Below are positions 46,125-55,279 of a DNA stretch of 64,000 bases, one piece after another. Positions within the stretch are counted from its first letter, which is position 1, and each line of letters opens with the position of its first letter. The position numbers were made by a program, and so were the translations under genes. The stretch is from IMG/VR virus record IMGVR_UViG_3300042445_001485. The stretch is one strand, 5' to 3'. The notes beneath the pieces are model-generated. The model had not been told where the DNA came from and did no database searches. It saw only the letters and a program-made list of their open reading frames with translations. This DNA is from a virus. Lineage: Duplodnaviria > Caudoviricetes.

Positions 46125-46328
46125 TAAGACTACAGACAAGGAGCCATCCAAATTCTGTAGTCTTTAAACTAACCAACCGCCTCGTATAATTTCAGCGACC
46201 AGTATTACAACCATTGCTATTGCGGTATTCATTTTCTTTCTACCCTATAACCTTCTGACCGATACATGTCAGCTTCCTCGGCAATGCAATCAAACAAATA
46301 CAAATCACCTTCAAATACTCGATACATA

Positions 46329-47357
46329 TTAAACCGCCTTCATGCAAGTAACACGAGCCATTTCTTTCCAACGCAATGGAAAGCTCTTACGCAAGTCAGC
46401 AATCTTAATTGCCATACGCAAGCTCATCTCACGCATGTTATTGGCGTTCTCTGTCAAGAACTCAATAATGTCGTCTTGTTCACATTGTTCAAACTCGTAG
46501 TCTACAAACAAAGCGCCATCTTGTGCAATCTGTTTGATACGCAGGATCTTGTCACGCATGGTGTCCAAGGTCAAGTCAAGATAATGACAACGACTCTGCA
46601 ATGCATCCAGGTGATCACGCAATTTTTGCGATTTCATCTTGTCAAACTTCAAGTTGGTAATAAAGATCACACTACCTTTGAACTCAAAACTGTCTGGAAT
46701 GCCTTCGCGGCGCAGAGTGCTACTCTCCGACAACCATGAAATCTTGCGTTTCTTGCCTGAGTCCAATGCACCTTTCAACAGGTTCAAACACACATCATCA
46801 AGCAGGATGCTATCACAGTCATCAAACACCAATACGCAATTAGGATCTGAATATTTGTACAAGGCTTGATACAGGCCAATTGGGGTTGCACTACCTTTGA
46901 CAACTTCTGCACGGAGACGCTTGCCGGCAATCTGATCAAACAAACATGCCTTTTCAACAATTTGTTCAACACCGTAGCTCTTGCCCACTCCAGGAGGCCC
47001 GGATACAATCATAGCACGGATGTCGCCGTTGGTTGCGGCCTTGGTCATCTCGTCTAAGATTTCAAAGCGCTCGCGAATACGAGCAATAATTTGTTCGTCT
47101 GTTTCGCCGGACTCTCGTGCAGTCTGCTCAACTTCTACTACACTGGTGTCACCTTCTGCGACAAATTCATAAGCAGATACAGCATCTACTTTGATACGCA
47201 ATTCTTCTGGCATACCAGGAAACGCTCCATTGTTTTTAACAGTCACATAGCCGCCTTTGGCGCCCGAACGGAACTGCTGAACTAGTTCAAAAACCATACC
47301 GGAAACATCTGAGTTACGATATGCACCTACTTTAATGCGAACAAATGTGTTAGACAA
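46329..47357 (-). CDS. AAA+ ATPase
   Basis: GPPGVGKS, LVFDDCD, IFITN, ALQSRC; start placed at TTG 47357 behind AAAAAGGAG and a TTGTGC-17-TATAAT promoter. Confidence 0.85.
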   Translation of the reverse strand: MSNTFVRIKVGAYRNSDVSGMVFELVQQFRSGAKGGYVTVKNNGAFPGMPEELRIKVDAVSAYEFVAEGDTSVVEVEQTARESGETDEQIIARIRERFEILDEMTKAATNGDIRAMIVSGPPGVGKSYGVEQIVEKACLFDQIAGKRLRAEVVKGSATPIGLYQALYKYSDPNCVLVFDDCDSILLDDVCLNLLKGALDSGKKRKISWLSESSTLRREGIPDSFEFKGSVIFITNLKFDKMKSQKLRDHLDALQSRCHYLDLTLDTMRDKILRIKQIAQDGALFVDYEFEQCEQDDIIEFLTENANNMREMSLRMAIKIADLRKSFPLRWKEMARVTCMKAV

Positions 47358-47425
47358 TTTTGGCTCCTTTTTAAACACAATACAAGTATTATATATTAGA
47401 TTTCTTTTCTGCACAACCGGTGTTG

Positions 47426-47608
47426 TTATTCTGCAACAGGGGCAAACAACTGACGACCCTGTGCTGTAAACACACGATAGGCCTGCATGGTTTTGTTGCT
47501 GTAAACCATGGATCCTTCTTTTTGTATGTCTTGCAACGTTTCTAGCAGACCCAAACCCAAAAATTCTGCTTCTTTTTGCAGTTGGGCGATTGCTGTAGTT
47601 ATTTCCAT
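47426..47608 (-). CDS. Small early hypothetical protein
   Basis: 60-aa ORF with AAGGAG RBS behind a sigma70 promoter. Confidence 0.65.
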   Translation of the reverse strand: MEITTAIAQLQKEAEFLGLGLLETLQDIQKEGSMVYSNKTMQAYRVFTAQGRQLFAPVAE

Positions 47609-47638
47609 TTCTGACTCCTTTTTAGCTTCAATACATGT

Positions 47639-47667
47639 ATTGTATATTAGATGCCATTTCGGGTCAA
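47639..47667 (-). promoter_or_regulatory. sigma70-type early promoter
   Basis: TTGACC-17 bp-TACAAT; palindrome CAATACATGTATTG overlaps -10/+1. Confidence 0.75.
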
Positions 47668-47684
47668 ATTCTGGACAAAAAAAT

Positions 47685-47766
47685 GTGGCTAAAAAGCCAC
47701 AAAAAGTAGTACTTTTTAGTAGTACACAAGTACTACTTTTTGTAGGTTTAAAAAGTACTACTTTTA
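47685..47766. repeat. Second array of AAAAGTA(G/C)TACTTTT near-palindromes plus gtggct-aaaa-agccac stem
   Basis: aaaagtagtactttt, agtagtac, aagtactactttt, aaaagtactactttt. Confidence 0.8.
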
Positions 47767-48132
47767 TTGAAGTAACATAAAATCACTCCAATAACTTTTA
47801 CAAGCAAATGCAAAACTACGGGAATTGATATCCACAGGTTGAAATTTTGTGACTTCGGGTTTGTGTTTAAAGTTCAATTCTCCGCTGTCGTAAAAATGGG
47901 CTTTGCCTACCAGACGATGGGTTTTTTCTTTGCAATTGAAATGTTCTACAGTGAATGTCATGGGTCCATTAGACCAATATTGTTCAACCCTGGCACCCAC
48001 AACGTTATTATCCAATACTCTTGCATATGAATGTTCTATGTGGTCAGGCATTTGGTATAAAGTAGTCCACTCTTCGGCACTGGCCAAAGTGGATAATACC
48101 AAAGTTAGTATTCCAAGGATTTGTTTTAGCAT
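47764..48132 (-). CDS. Secreted hypothetical protein
   Basis: Start placed at MLKQILGILTLVLSTLASA (signal peptide). Confidence 0.65.
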   Translation of the reverse strand: MLKQILGILTLVLSTLASAEEWTTLYQMPDHIEHSYARVLDNNVVGARVEQYWSNGPMTFTVEHFNCKEKTHRLVGKAHFYDSGELNFKHKPEVTKFQPVDINSRSFAFACKSYWSDFMLLQ

Positions 48133-48160
48133 TGTATCTATTATAGAATAGAATACCGTT

Positions 48161-48316
48161 TCAGTCAACAGTTTCGGATTTATATTGTCTACGAAGCCAC
48201 CATTTATATTTGCTGAAATATTCAGCACTTAGGTACTGGGGGCTGTGCCCGGTCCAGGCTTCCACTTCCGCACAATGTTCATACCATTTTTCAGTACACC
48301 ATCTGCGGAAGTTCAT
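48161..48316 (-). CDS. Small Trp/Tyr-rich hypothetical protein (51 aa)
   Basis: Manual translation MNFRRWCTEKWYEHCAEVEAWTGHSPQYLSAEYFSKYKWWLRRQYKSETVD. Confidence 0.6.
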   Translation of the reverse strand: MNFRRWCTEKWYEHCAEVEAWTGHSPQYLSAEYFSKYKWWLRRQYKSETVD

Positions 48317-48317
48317 G

Positions 48318-48800
48318 TTAGACCTTTCTAACTAGATTGAGATAAGATGGTTGTTGATTGTTAACAAACTCAGGCCATATCTCATCAAGTTCAGCAATGG
48401 TTGCTGGCTTGTAAATTCGAATATTGGGCAAGCTGGCCAACACAGCTTCATCATCGTGGGCCCAATGGCTGATACCATCGTGTTCGTAGTCTCGATCTCG
48501 ACCCGAACCAATCAATTTGACTGCGGTACCTTCATGGTTCAAGTAATTGCGTAAAAACTCAAATGGACGATACAAGACAAAACTGCTCATGCTGTAACAG
48601 AAAGGTATTAGTCCTTCGTTGGCCATACCAACAGCCGCACCAATCATGAGTTGTTCTGCGGCTCCCACATTGTGGCTGCGGTCAGGATACGACTCGCGTA
48701 CCGAGTCCAACACCCCATAACCTAGGTCAGCTGTGATTAATCTAACAGCAGGATTAATGGCCATTTCGGCATGTAGTAATTTAGCAAAGTGTCGTCTCAT
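48318..48800 (-). CDS. Transketolase-like pyrimidine-binding subunit
   Basis: LITADLGYG, NVGAAEQLMIGAAVGMA, RPFEFLRN, GISHWA. Confidence 0.9.
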   Translation of the reverse strand: MRRHFAKLLHAEMAINPAVRLITADLGYGVLDSVRESYPDRSHNVGAAEQLMIGAAVGMANEGLIPFCYSMSSFVLYRPFEFLRNYLNHEGTAVKLIGSGRDRDYEHDGISHWAHDDEAVLASLPNIRIYKPATIAELDEIWPEFVNNQQPSYLNLVRKV

Positions 48801-49395
48801 AGTCTTCCTGATTCATTACATAGTAGTGGCTTTGCAAGCCTTGTACAAAAGGTAGTTTGGTTGGCTCGCTTTCGCGAATATTGACGGTGGGCAAGAATGC
48901 CTGTAATCGTTGTTTAAGGTAAGTGGTGTTGATCATGTCATATGCACCCATGCCGTTGATGTTGACATAGACATGTAGGTTATGCAATCTGGCTTCGTGT
49001 ATATAACGCAACGATTCCCATATTGAACCTTCTGCACATTCACCATCACTAATCATACAGTACACATTCCGGTCAGGAGTTGCCATGGCATGTCCCACTG
49101 CTATAGGTAGCCCAGATCCAAGACTGCCTGTGCTACAATGCAAATGATTAGGCAGGTCCCTACTAGGATGAATACCGTGTTTGTGTAATAGTGCCACTGG
49201 GTCGATTCCATATAGTTCCTCTAGTTTACAATACAGTGCTAGTCCGGCGTGTCCGTTGCTGAGAATAAAAACTTCATCATCTCGTTTGACTGCAAAGATT
49301 TCATCGATGATAGGAGCCGCACTTAGGCAACTGCTGAGGTGGCTCATACGCTCTTGGTATGTTATTTCAATTATTCGTTGTTCCAATTTGGTCAT
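48781..49395 (-). CDS. Transketolase-like ThDP-binding (N-terminal) subunit
   Basis: SHLSSCLS, FILSNGHA, GSLGSGL, SDGECAEGSIWE...N. Confidence 0.9.
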   Translation of the reverse strand: MTKLEQRIIEITYQERMSHLSSCLSAAPIIDEIFAVKRDDEVFILSNGHAGLALYCKLEELYGIDPVALLHKHGIHPSRDLPNHLHCSTGSLGSGLPIAVGHAMATPDRNVYCMISDGECAEGSIWESLRYIHEARLHNLHVYVNINGMGAYDMINTTYLKQRLQAFLPTVNIRESEPTKLPFVQGLQSHYYVMNQEDYETTLC

Positions 49396-49976
49396 TGCAT
49401 ACTCCGTATCTGGATAGATGCCGTGGCACCGTCGGCACCAATTTGAGTTGCATTACTGCCGCCCCGGTACATAAATTCTTTAAAAGCTCTGGCAACATCG
49501 GGTACATCAATATCGTCAAATATAACAACACCGCCGTGCTTGCCCAGTAGGTCTACTGCCAATAATGCATCGTTGACTACAAAATCATAATGATGGTTAC
49601 CGTCAATCAACACTACACCAATGTCAAGTTGGTGTGCGTACTCTGGCGTGAGTTCTGTGCGAAATTGATTGCTGGTCATAACATGTAGATAAGCATTAGA
49701 CAAATCTTTGATATGCTCTAGTGTAGATTGATGTTGGTTTGACAATGCATCACCGCGGGCTTGACCACTAGACGCTACAGTATGACCATCTTCGATAAAC
49801 GGGTCTATTGCATGACAACTGCGTGTTGGGTAGTCTTTGGCTACTTGTGCAAAGCCGGCACCATTGAATACACCAATTTCTAAATAATTGCCAACAACAG
49901 TTTTCATAGCTTGAGACACCAAGTTGTATGCGTGACTGCTTAAAATATGATTGTTTGCAGACATTATTGTTTCCAT
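49392..49976 (-). CDS. Class I SAM methyltransferase (Methyltransf_24-like)
   Basis: YLEIGVFNG, VLIDGNHHY, GGVVIFDD. Confidence 0.8.
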   Translation of the reverse strand: METIMSANNHILSSHAYNLVSQAMKTVVGNYLEIGVFNGAGFAQVAKDYPTRSCHAIDPFIEDGHTVASSGQARGDALSNQHQSTLEHIKDLSNAYLHVMTSNQFRTELTPEYAHQLDIGVVLIDGNHHYDFVVNDALLAVDLLGKHGGVVIFDDIDVPDVARAFKEFMYRGGSNATQIGADGATASIQIRSMQ

Positions 49977-50674
49977 GCAAAGATTTGGTCATGGATAACG
50001 GACTCCACTGAGTAGCCGGCACCCGTAAGGATCACCATCAAGTCTTGTCTGTTTTGTTCTAAGTTGCCGGGCCATGCTGACTCTGCTGTGTTGGTTTGAT
50101 GCACTTCAATAAACCAACTGCCAATTTTGTCTTTGACTGGCTCTAGTGTAGCGGCAGTGATGGCACGGATTTCTGAACCCTCAATGTCGCACTTGACAAA
50201 GTCCACCCAGTCAAGTCCTTGTTCTTGTAAAACAGTGGCCAGTGTGCGAGCTTGTACAGTTACCCGTGTGTTAGATTCGTTCACAATAGAATTGATAGTG
50301 GGGTTGTCGTTGACATAAAAATCAATTTCGCCATCGGCATCACTTAGTGCCACGGCCACTGGTGTAATATGGTCGACGCCTTGTGTTAGTTTTTGCAAAA
50401 TGCCAAATGTGTTGGGAGTTGGTTCTAGCGCAACGATCTTGTCTGCACAGTCGTGTGCATACAAACTAAACAGGCCAATATTGGCACCAATGTCTAATAT
50501 AACCAAATTATCGTGCTCGCTTAATACAGGATCATACAAACGATCCGTGTTGATTTGGTTCAGAATAACATCAGTCATTGTTTCGTTGGGTCGTGAAAAC
50601 CAATCAACAACTTCTGCGTCTTCTGTGTCAATGTCAAAGTTGTTTTGTTTGGCCGTTTTAATTGTTTTAATCAT
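49964..50674 (-). CDS. FkbM-family methyltransferase
   Basis: LDIGANIGLFS, ALEP, FVKCDIEGSE. Confidence 0.9.
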   Translation of the reverse strand: MIKTIKTAKQNNFDIDTEDAEVVDWFSRPNETMTDVILNQINTDRLYDPVLSEHDNLVILDIGANIGLFSLYAHDCADKIVALEPTPNTFGILQKLTQGVDHITPVAVALSDADGEIDFYVNDNPTINSIVNESNTRVTVQARTLATVLQEQGLDWVDFVKCDIEGSEIRAITAATLEPVKDKIGSWFIEVHQTNTAESAWPGNLEQNRQDLMVILTGAGYSVESVIHDQIFAWKQ

Positions 50675-51485
50675 TTAATTTCCTAATCATATCTTCAATG
50701 CCTTGTTCTAGACTGTATTCTGCTTGAAAGCCGTATTCTGTTTCTGCGTATCCTGTGTCGCAACACCAGAACTTGGTATCATGTGGTCGATAAAAATGAT
50801 CATGATACTCGACCGGAGCACGACGCCCTGTTACTCGTTCCCACGCTTCAAGTACTTGTAAGTTTGTTGACTGTTGTCCCGATCCAAAGTTGATGATTTC
50901 TCCCTTGGGCCACTGCTTATTTAATGCCAGTTCGATTCCGCGTACAAAATCTGCGATGTAGATAAAGTCATGCACACCTGCATATAACTTCATCGGAGCA
51001 TCGGCAAAGAACGCACGATATAAGGTAGGAAACAGTCTGTGCGGGCGCTCGTTGGCACCATAACCACTGTATATACGAGCCACTAGAACCTGTAGATCAA
51101 AATGCCTGCTGTAGCCTTGGCACAACAATGTGGCTGCGCCTTTGGTTGCTTCGTAGGCATTTTGTGGGTCAATCCGATCCTGTTCACTGGTGGGGTAATC
51201 CACAGGACCATACTCACTGCTGGAGCCAATCTGTATCATTCTAGTCATGGGATTACGCTTGATCCACTCTAGTATTTCTTCCACCATACCAACATTGGTG
51301 CTGAACATTCTGTCAGGGTTGTATATCTCGCCAGCCGAATGAATAACAACATTGGGTTGGTTGATGTTTAACATGTCTGTCAAACTGGCACCGCGAATGT
51401 ATTCTACAATTTCGTATCGGGACTCAAAGTGTTGTTTTAAACTTTGTCCAAGGAATCCTGTGGTGCCTGTTATAAAAATTTTCAT
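50667..51485 (-). CDS. NAD-dependent epimerase/dehydratase/reductase (extended SDR)
   Basis: ITGTTGFLG, GSSSEYG, YEATK. Confidence 0.9.
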   Translation of the reverse strand: MKIFITGTTGFLGQSLKQHFESRYEIVEYIRGASLTDMLNINQPNVVIHSAGEIYNPDRMFSTNVGMVEEILEWIKRNPMTRMIQIGSSSEYGPVDYPTSEQDRIDPQNAYEATKGAATLLCQGYSRHFDLQVLVARIYSGYGANERPHRLFPTLYRAFFADAPMKLYAGVHDFIYIADFVRGIELALNKQWPKGEIINFGSGQQSTNLQVLEAWERVTGRRAPVEYHDHFYRPHDTKFWCCDTGYAETEYGFQAEYSLEQGIEDMIRKLND

Positions 51486-52288
51486 TCTAAAAAAGCTTCT
51501 AGTTTTGTTCTATGTATCAACAGCAGGTCTTCGCTGACTTCGCTTGCGTCGGCCAATTTGAATGTCTTGGGATACAGTGCAACATAGTCCATGCTGGCAA
51601 TGATTTCAAACATGGCATCTGCTTGTGCTTGATCAAATCCCGAAAACCACTCAATAATGATCTTTGGGCGGATACGGTCAATAAATTCCCTACTGCTGTC
51701 TAGTATTAAACAATCATGCCCTTCGGTATCAATCTTAATTAAGTCGATATTGGCAATTTCTTCCACAGTCAAGTACTTGTTACACAAAGTTTCTAATCTG
51801 ATTCCCGGTACTTCGATACTGTTGCTGCCTGATCCTATACCCCATGCATGATCAACTAGTCCACCGTTGCACATCTGGTTGCCGTGATCACTGAATGTCA
51901 CAGTGACATCATCTTCGGTTGTTACTGCTTCATGTGCTACCACAAACCGGCCCAAGTGGCGATTCATTTCGCAGGCAAACTCTAACCAGGGACGAATTGT
52001 GGGATTACATTCTACTGTTAGCACCACCCCGTTGGTCATGGCCATCATAGGTACTGCTGTGTCTCCACTGTGTCCACCAATGTCCACCACTGTGGTGTTG
52101 GGTTTTAGTATCTTTTGCCAATTGTATGTATTGAGATAAATGTCGTTGGTGTCAGAAAAGTTTCTATGTCCTTCAAAAGGATGGTCCATTTCAAACCAAT
52201 AGCCAATCACACCCGGGCGACCAAATCGTGTAAAGTCATCGCTGTAGGCCTGCTTAATAGCGGGCACTTTAAATTGGTGTTCCATCAT
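51482..52288 (-). CDS. FkbM-family methyltransferase
   Basis: VDIGGHSGD, LIKIDTEGHD. Confidence 0.85.
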   Translation of the reverse strand: MMEHQFKVPAIKQAYSDDFTRFGRPGVIGYWFEMDHPFEGHRNFSDTNDIYLNTYNWQKILKPNTTVVDIGGHSGDTAVPMMAMTNGVVLTVECNPTIRPWLEFACEMNRHLGRFVVAHEAVTTEDDVTVTFSDHGNQMCNGGLVDHAWGIGSGSNSIEVPGIRLETLCNKYLTVEEIANIDLIKIDTEGHDCLILDSSREFIDRIRPKIIIEWFSGFDQAQADAMFEIIASMDYVALYPKTFKLADASEVSEDLLLIHRTKLEAFLE

Positions 52289-52929
52289 CTAACAATCTCG
52301 GTTAACATCTGTTCAGCCAAAGCCAATCTAATGTGTTTGTGTGTTCCGGGCCAATGTACGATCCAATCACCCGACTGCCATTCGCCACGATTGCCCAAGA
52401 TGTCAACTGCAACATCACAGTAATCGTAACCCTTTTGTTGATAGCTGTTCATGTAGTTCTGTGGAACCAGTTTAACAATGTCCAAGTTGTCATCTATGGT
52501 GTCAATGATGACCTGTTGTTCGGCCCATTCCACTTTTAAATATTCCTCTTCCCGGTCTAGGATCATCTGCAGATACCCACGCCCTTGTTCTGTGTTACGC
52601 ACTAGGTAGTTGCCCGAATTGATGTTTAGTCTATCTGTGGGCACAATGAAATGATAATCATTGTCTATCTTGTCAGCAATAGGAATAGTCAAGTTAGTAA
52701 TTGTAGCATCACATTCGCTGAATAGCAACCACTCTACATCGGGATTTTCTTTCAACACTTCCAAACTGTAGTGTATTTTGTTGAAGCCCATAACAGGGCT
52801 GTAACGGGTTTCTTTGAGTACAAAGAACTTGTAGCCATAGCGTTCACAATATTCGCGCTTGGGTACATCTGTTAAGTCGGCTAGGTCTTGATAATTGTCT
52901 GTGTTGATACTGGCTATAGCGTAGGTCAT
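52285..52929 (-). CDS. Glycosyltransferase, GT34-like
   Basis: KREYCERYGY, FNKI, WLLFSECDA, INSGNYLVRN, AEQQVI, IVHWPG. Confidence 0.8.
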   Translation of the reverse strand: MTYAIASINTDNYQDLADLTDVPKREYCERYGYKFFVLKETRYSPVMGFNKIHYSLEVLKENPDVEWLLFSECDATITNLTIPIADKIDNDYHFIVPTDRLNINSGNYLVRNTEQGRGYLQMILDREEEYLKVEWAEQQVIIDTIDDNLDIVKLVPQNYMNSYQQKGYDYCDVAVDILGNRGEWQSGDWIVHWPGTHKHIRLALAEQMLTEIVR

Positions 52930-52930
52930 A

Positions 52931-53692
52931 TTAAAAGTACTGTATGTTGGGTCTTGGGAAATAACACTCGTTGTTTTGCAAAGGTTTAATTTTGATTGTT
53001 TCTAGCACTGAATCTTTGCCTAGTCCCATAGCAAGACTATAACCAAAACTTTGATTGCCTAGAAACAGGTCACATCCAGCAATGATATTGGCCATTTCTA
53101 AGAAATCGTTAACCGGATGATGGGGGATATGTACCTCAGTAGCTCGAACAAAATCTTCATGCTCGGCCTGTGTTCCCAAAAAGATTCCTACTTGATCCAA
53201 GTTGGTACTGTGTGCAATTTCTCGCCAACTTTGATCACCGGTGGGATCTCTATATCTGAATGTACGACTGACCACAACGGATGCAACAGGGGTAGCGTCG
53301 GCTTCCAACCAGGTGGTGGAATAGTCTTCTTGTGTGAAAGGTAAATCAAATGTACGATGAAAGGCTTCTACATAGTTTCCTTCAAAGCCCCGAAATAGCA
53401 CTCCGCGAAAACGGTCAAGATCAACATCAGGCTCTGGGTCGCCCGGATGCCAGGTACAGATTTCTTTGATATAGCTTTGTCGTTCCAACAAGGGTGCTAG
53501 CCATTCAAAGTCTTGTGTAGTGAAACGACCTCGATGTGCTGGATCAACTTCGTCGGGTCTGTAACCATACTGTACTACACAGGCTTCAATGTTGTTGATG
53601 GCAACCATAAAGCGGCCTGGCTCCATTTTCTTCACAACCGAAAGACTATAAATCAAATCACCCAGTGTGCCAGAATGTCTATATGTTTTCAT
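52931..53692 (-). CDS. GT9-like glycosyltransferase
   Basis: HSGTLGDLIYSL, ANIIAGCDLFLGNQS. Confidence 0.7.
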   Translation of the reverse strand: MKTYRHSGTLGDLIYSLSVVKKMEPGRFMVAINNIEACVVQYGYRPDEVDPAHRGRFTTQDFEWLAPLLERQSYIKEICTWHPGDPEPDVDLDRFRGVLFRGFEGNYVEAFHRTFDLPFTQEDYSTTWLEADATPVASVVVSRTFRYRDPTGDQSWREIAHSTNLDQVGIFLGTQAEHEDFVRATEVHIPHHPVNDFLEMANIIAGCDLFLGNQSFGYSLAMGLGKDSVLETIKIKPLQNNECYFPRPNIQYF

Positions 53693-54588
53693 TCTAATAC
53701 TTTCAATATTGCTTGTGCAATTGCATCAGTATCAAAGTTACTGGTGCACGGCGTATTTCCTTTTCGACAAACTATCTGTCTAATGGGTATTTGTTGATCA
53801 TCATTGCAACCAGCACAGTCTTCTCGGGTCTGTATTGGTGTTGCATTCCAGTTGGTGTCAAGCCGGCGATGTGGCACAATGCGCTCAGGCTTCAAGTGCG
53901 TCAACAGGGGAATAATATGTGTACTACTAGCGGCCGCACATTGTAGTGGTGCGCTGTCTACACCAACAAAACATCGTGCATGATCCATTAGATGTTTTAA
54001 TTCTTGTATGTTGTATTGATCTCTAGCATCAACCAATAAGGGATGATCAACATAATGATCAGTTGCTCCACCAACACATACCACTTTAAAATCTGTGCGC
54101 TCGGTAAAGATCTTGGCCAATACATCAAACCAAACATCTAGATCAATGTTCTTGGCCTGCCAATGCCAATTACGCATGTGAACGACCACAAAGCGATCAC
54201 CAATGTCTTTCAGGTTGCGGTTGACATTTTTCTTATCTTCATCTGTGGGAAACAACTCAACACTACGATCCAAATTGGTATGACCAAATACTCTATAAAA
54301 GTAACTGTCCACATAATGATTTTTGGGGTTAAGTTCGTAAGCATCATCTAGGTTGTATACCACATTGAAAGGAGCAACGCCAGCTTCCTCATAAGGAATA
54401 ACGCCAAGAATATGCGGATTATTTTTGTATGCTTCTATGGCATCGGTTGATACGACTATGCTGGCATTGTCACCATACATGCGTTTCAGCTCACGCACCA
54501 CACCAGTGGTCATGATGACATCACCTATGGCGGCTCGACGCTTTACACAAATACTAATGGGTACATTAATCTTCAATTGCAACTCCAT
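53689..54588 (-). CDS. GT9 (heptosyltransferase-like) glycosyltransferase
   Basis: RRAAIGDVIMTT, CFVGVDSAPL. Confidence 0.85.
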   Translation of the reverse strand: MELQLKINVPISICVKRRAAIGDVIMTTGVVRELKRMYGDNASIVVSTDAIEAYKNNPHILGVIPYEEAGVAPFNVVYNLDDAYELNPKNHYVDSYFYRVFGHTNLDRSVELFPTDEDKKNVNRNLKDIGDRFVVVHMRNWHWQAKNIDLDVWFDVLAKIFTERTDFKVVCVGGATDHYVDHPLLVDARDQYNIQELKHLMDHARCFVGVDSAPLQCAAASSTHIIPLLTHLKPERIVPHRRLDTNWNATPIQTREDCAGCNDDQQIPIRQIVCRKGNTPCTSNFDTDAIAQAILKVLE

Positions 54589-55279
54589 TGGGTCCTAATA
54601 GGCCGCGCAAGCCAACTCGAGGGATCTCAGTTACCAAATCCTGGGGCAAGTAAGCAAACAACATGTGTTCGATATCAAAGTAGCCACCTTCTGCATATCT
54701 TTCTGCCATGGCAACAAAGCCGTCATTGTATGCATCAACAACTTGTTCAGTCACATCAGCAGGCCACGACCACAAGCGACTCATGTATTGAAATTGTTTT
54801 CCGCCTGTGACTTCGGGAGGAAATTGGCTGTGCTTACGCTCCAACATCACAATACGATCAGTGACCGATTCATAATAAGCAGGATCAAAGTTTTCAGTTA
54901 GCAAGTAACGGCCCGACATTTTAAATACACGATCGTATTCGGCTATTGCTCCAGTCTCAAGCAACTTGGTGAGTACATTTGTAAAGCACATGACCTCTGT
55001 GGTGTTCTTTACGATATCCCAATTATCTGTGCTGTTGTAAATGTCAACGACCGCCGGTTCTCGTGTGCAATCAAAAAAATAATCAGTCTGAGCATTGATA
55101 ATTTGTATTTGTTCTTCCGGGATTGGTACTCCGGTCATTTCTACAACACAAATATCTGCACTGGGCCAGCGTTGTTTAACACTGGCAATGCTATCTAGTG
55201 TTTGCTGTAGTCGTTCAGCGGGTGTAAATTTGCCAAACTTACTGTTAATGGCACTAGATAAAATAAAAAGTGAGTTCAT
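54566..55279 (-). CDS. Hypothetical glycosyltransferase-like protein
   Basis: ERLQQTL, VFKMSGRY, DIEH; embedded in the glycan cluster. Confidence 0.55.
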   Translation of the reverse strand: MNSLFILSSAINSKFGKFTPAERLQQTLDSIASVKQRWPSADICVVEMTGVPIPEEQIQIINAQTDYFFDCTREPAVVDIYNSTDNWDIVKNTTEVMCFTNVLTKLLETGAIAEYDRVFKMSGRYLLTENFDPAYYESVTDRIVMLERKHSQFPPEVTGGKQFQYMSRLWSWPADVTEQVVDAYNDGFVAMAERYAEGGYFDIEHMLFAYLPQDLVTEIPRVGLRGLLGPNGVAIED

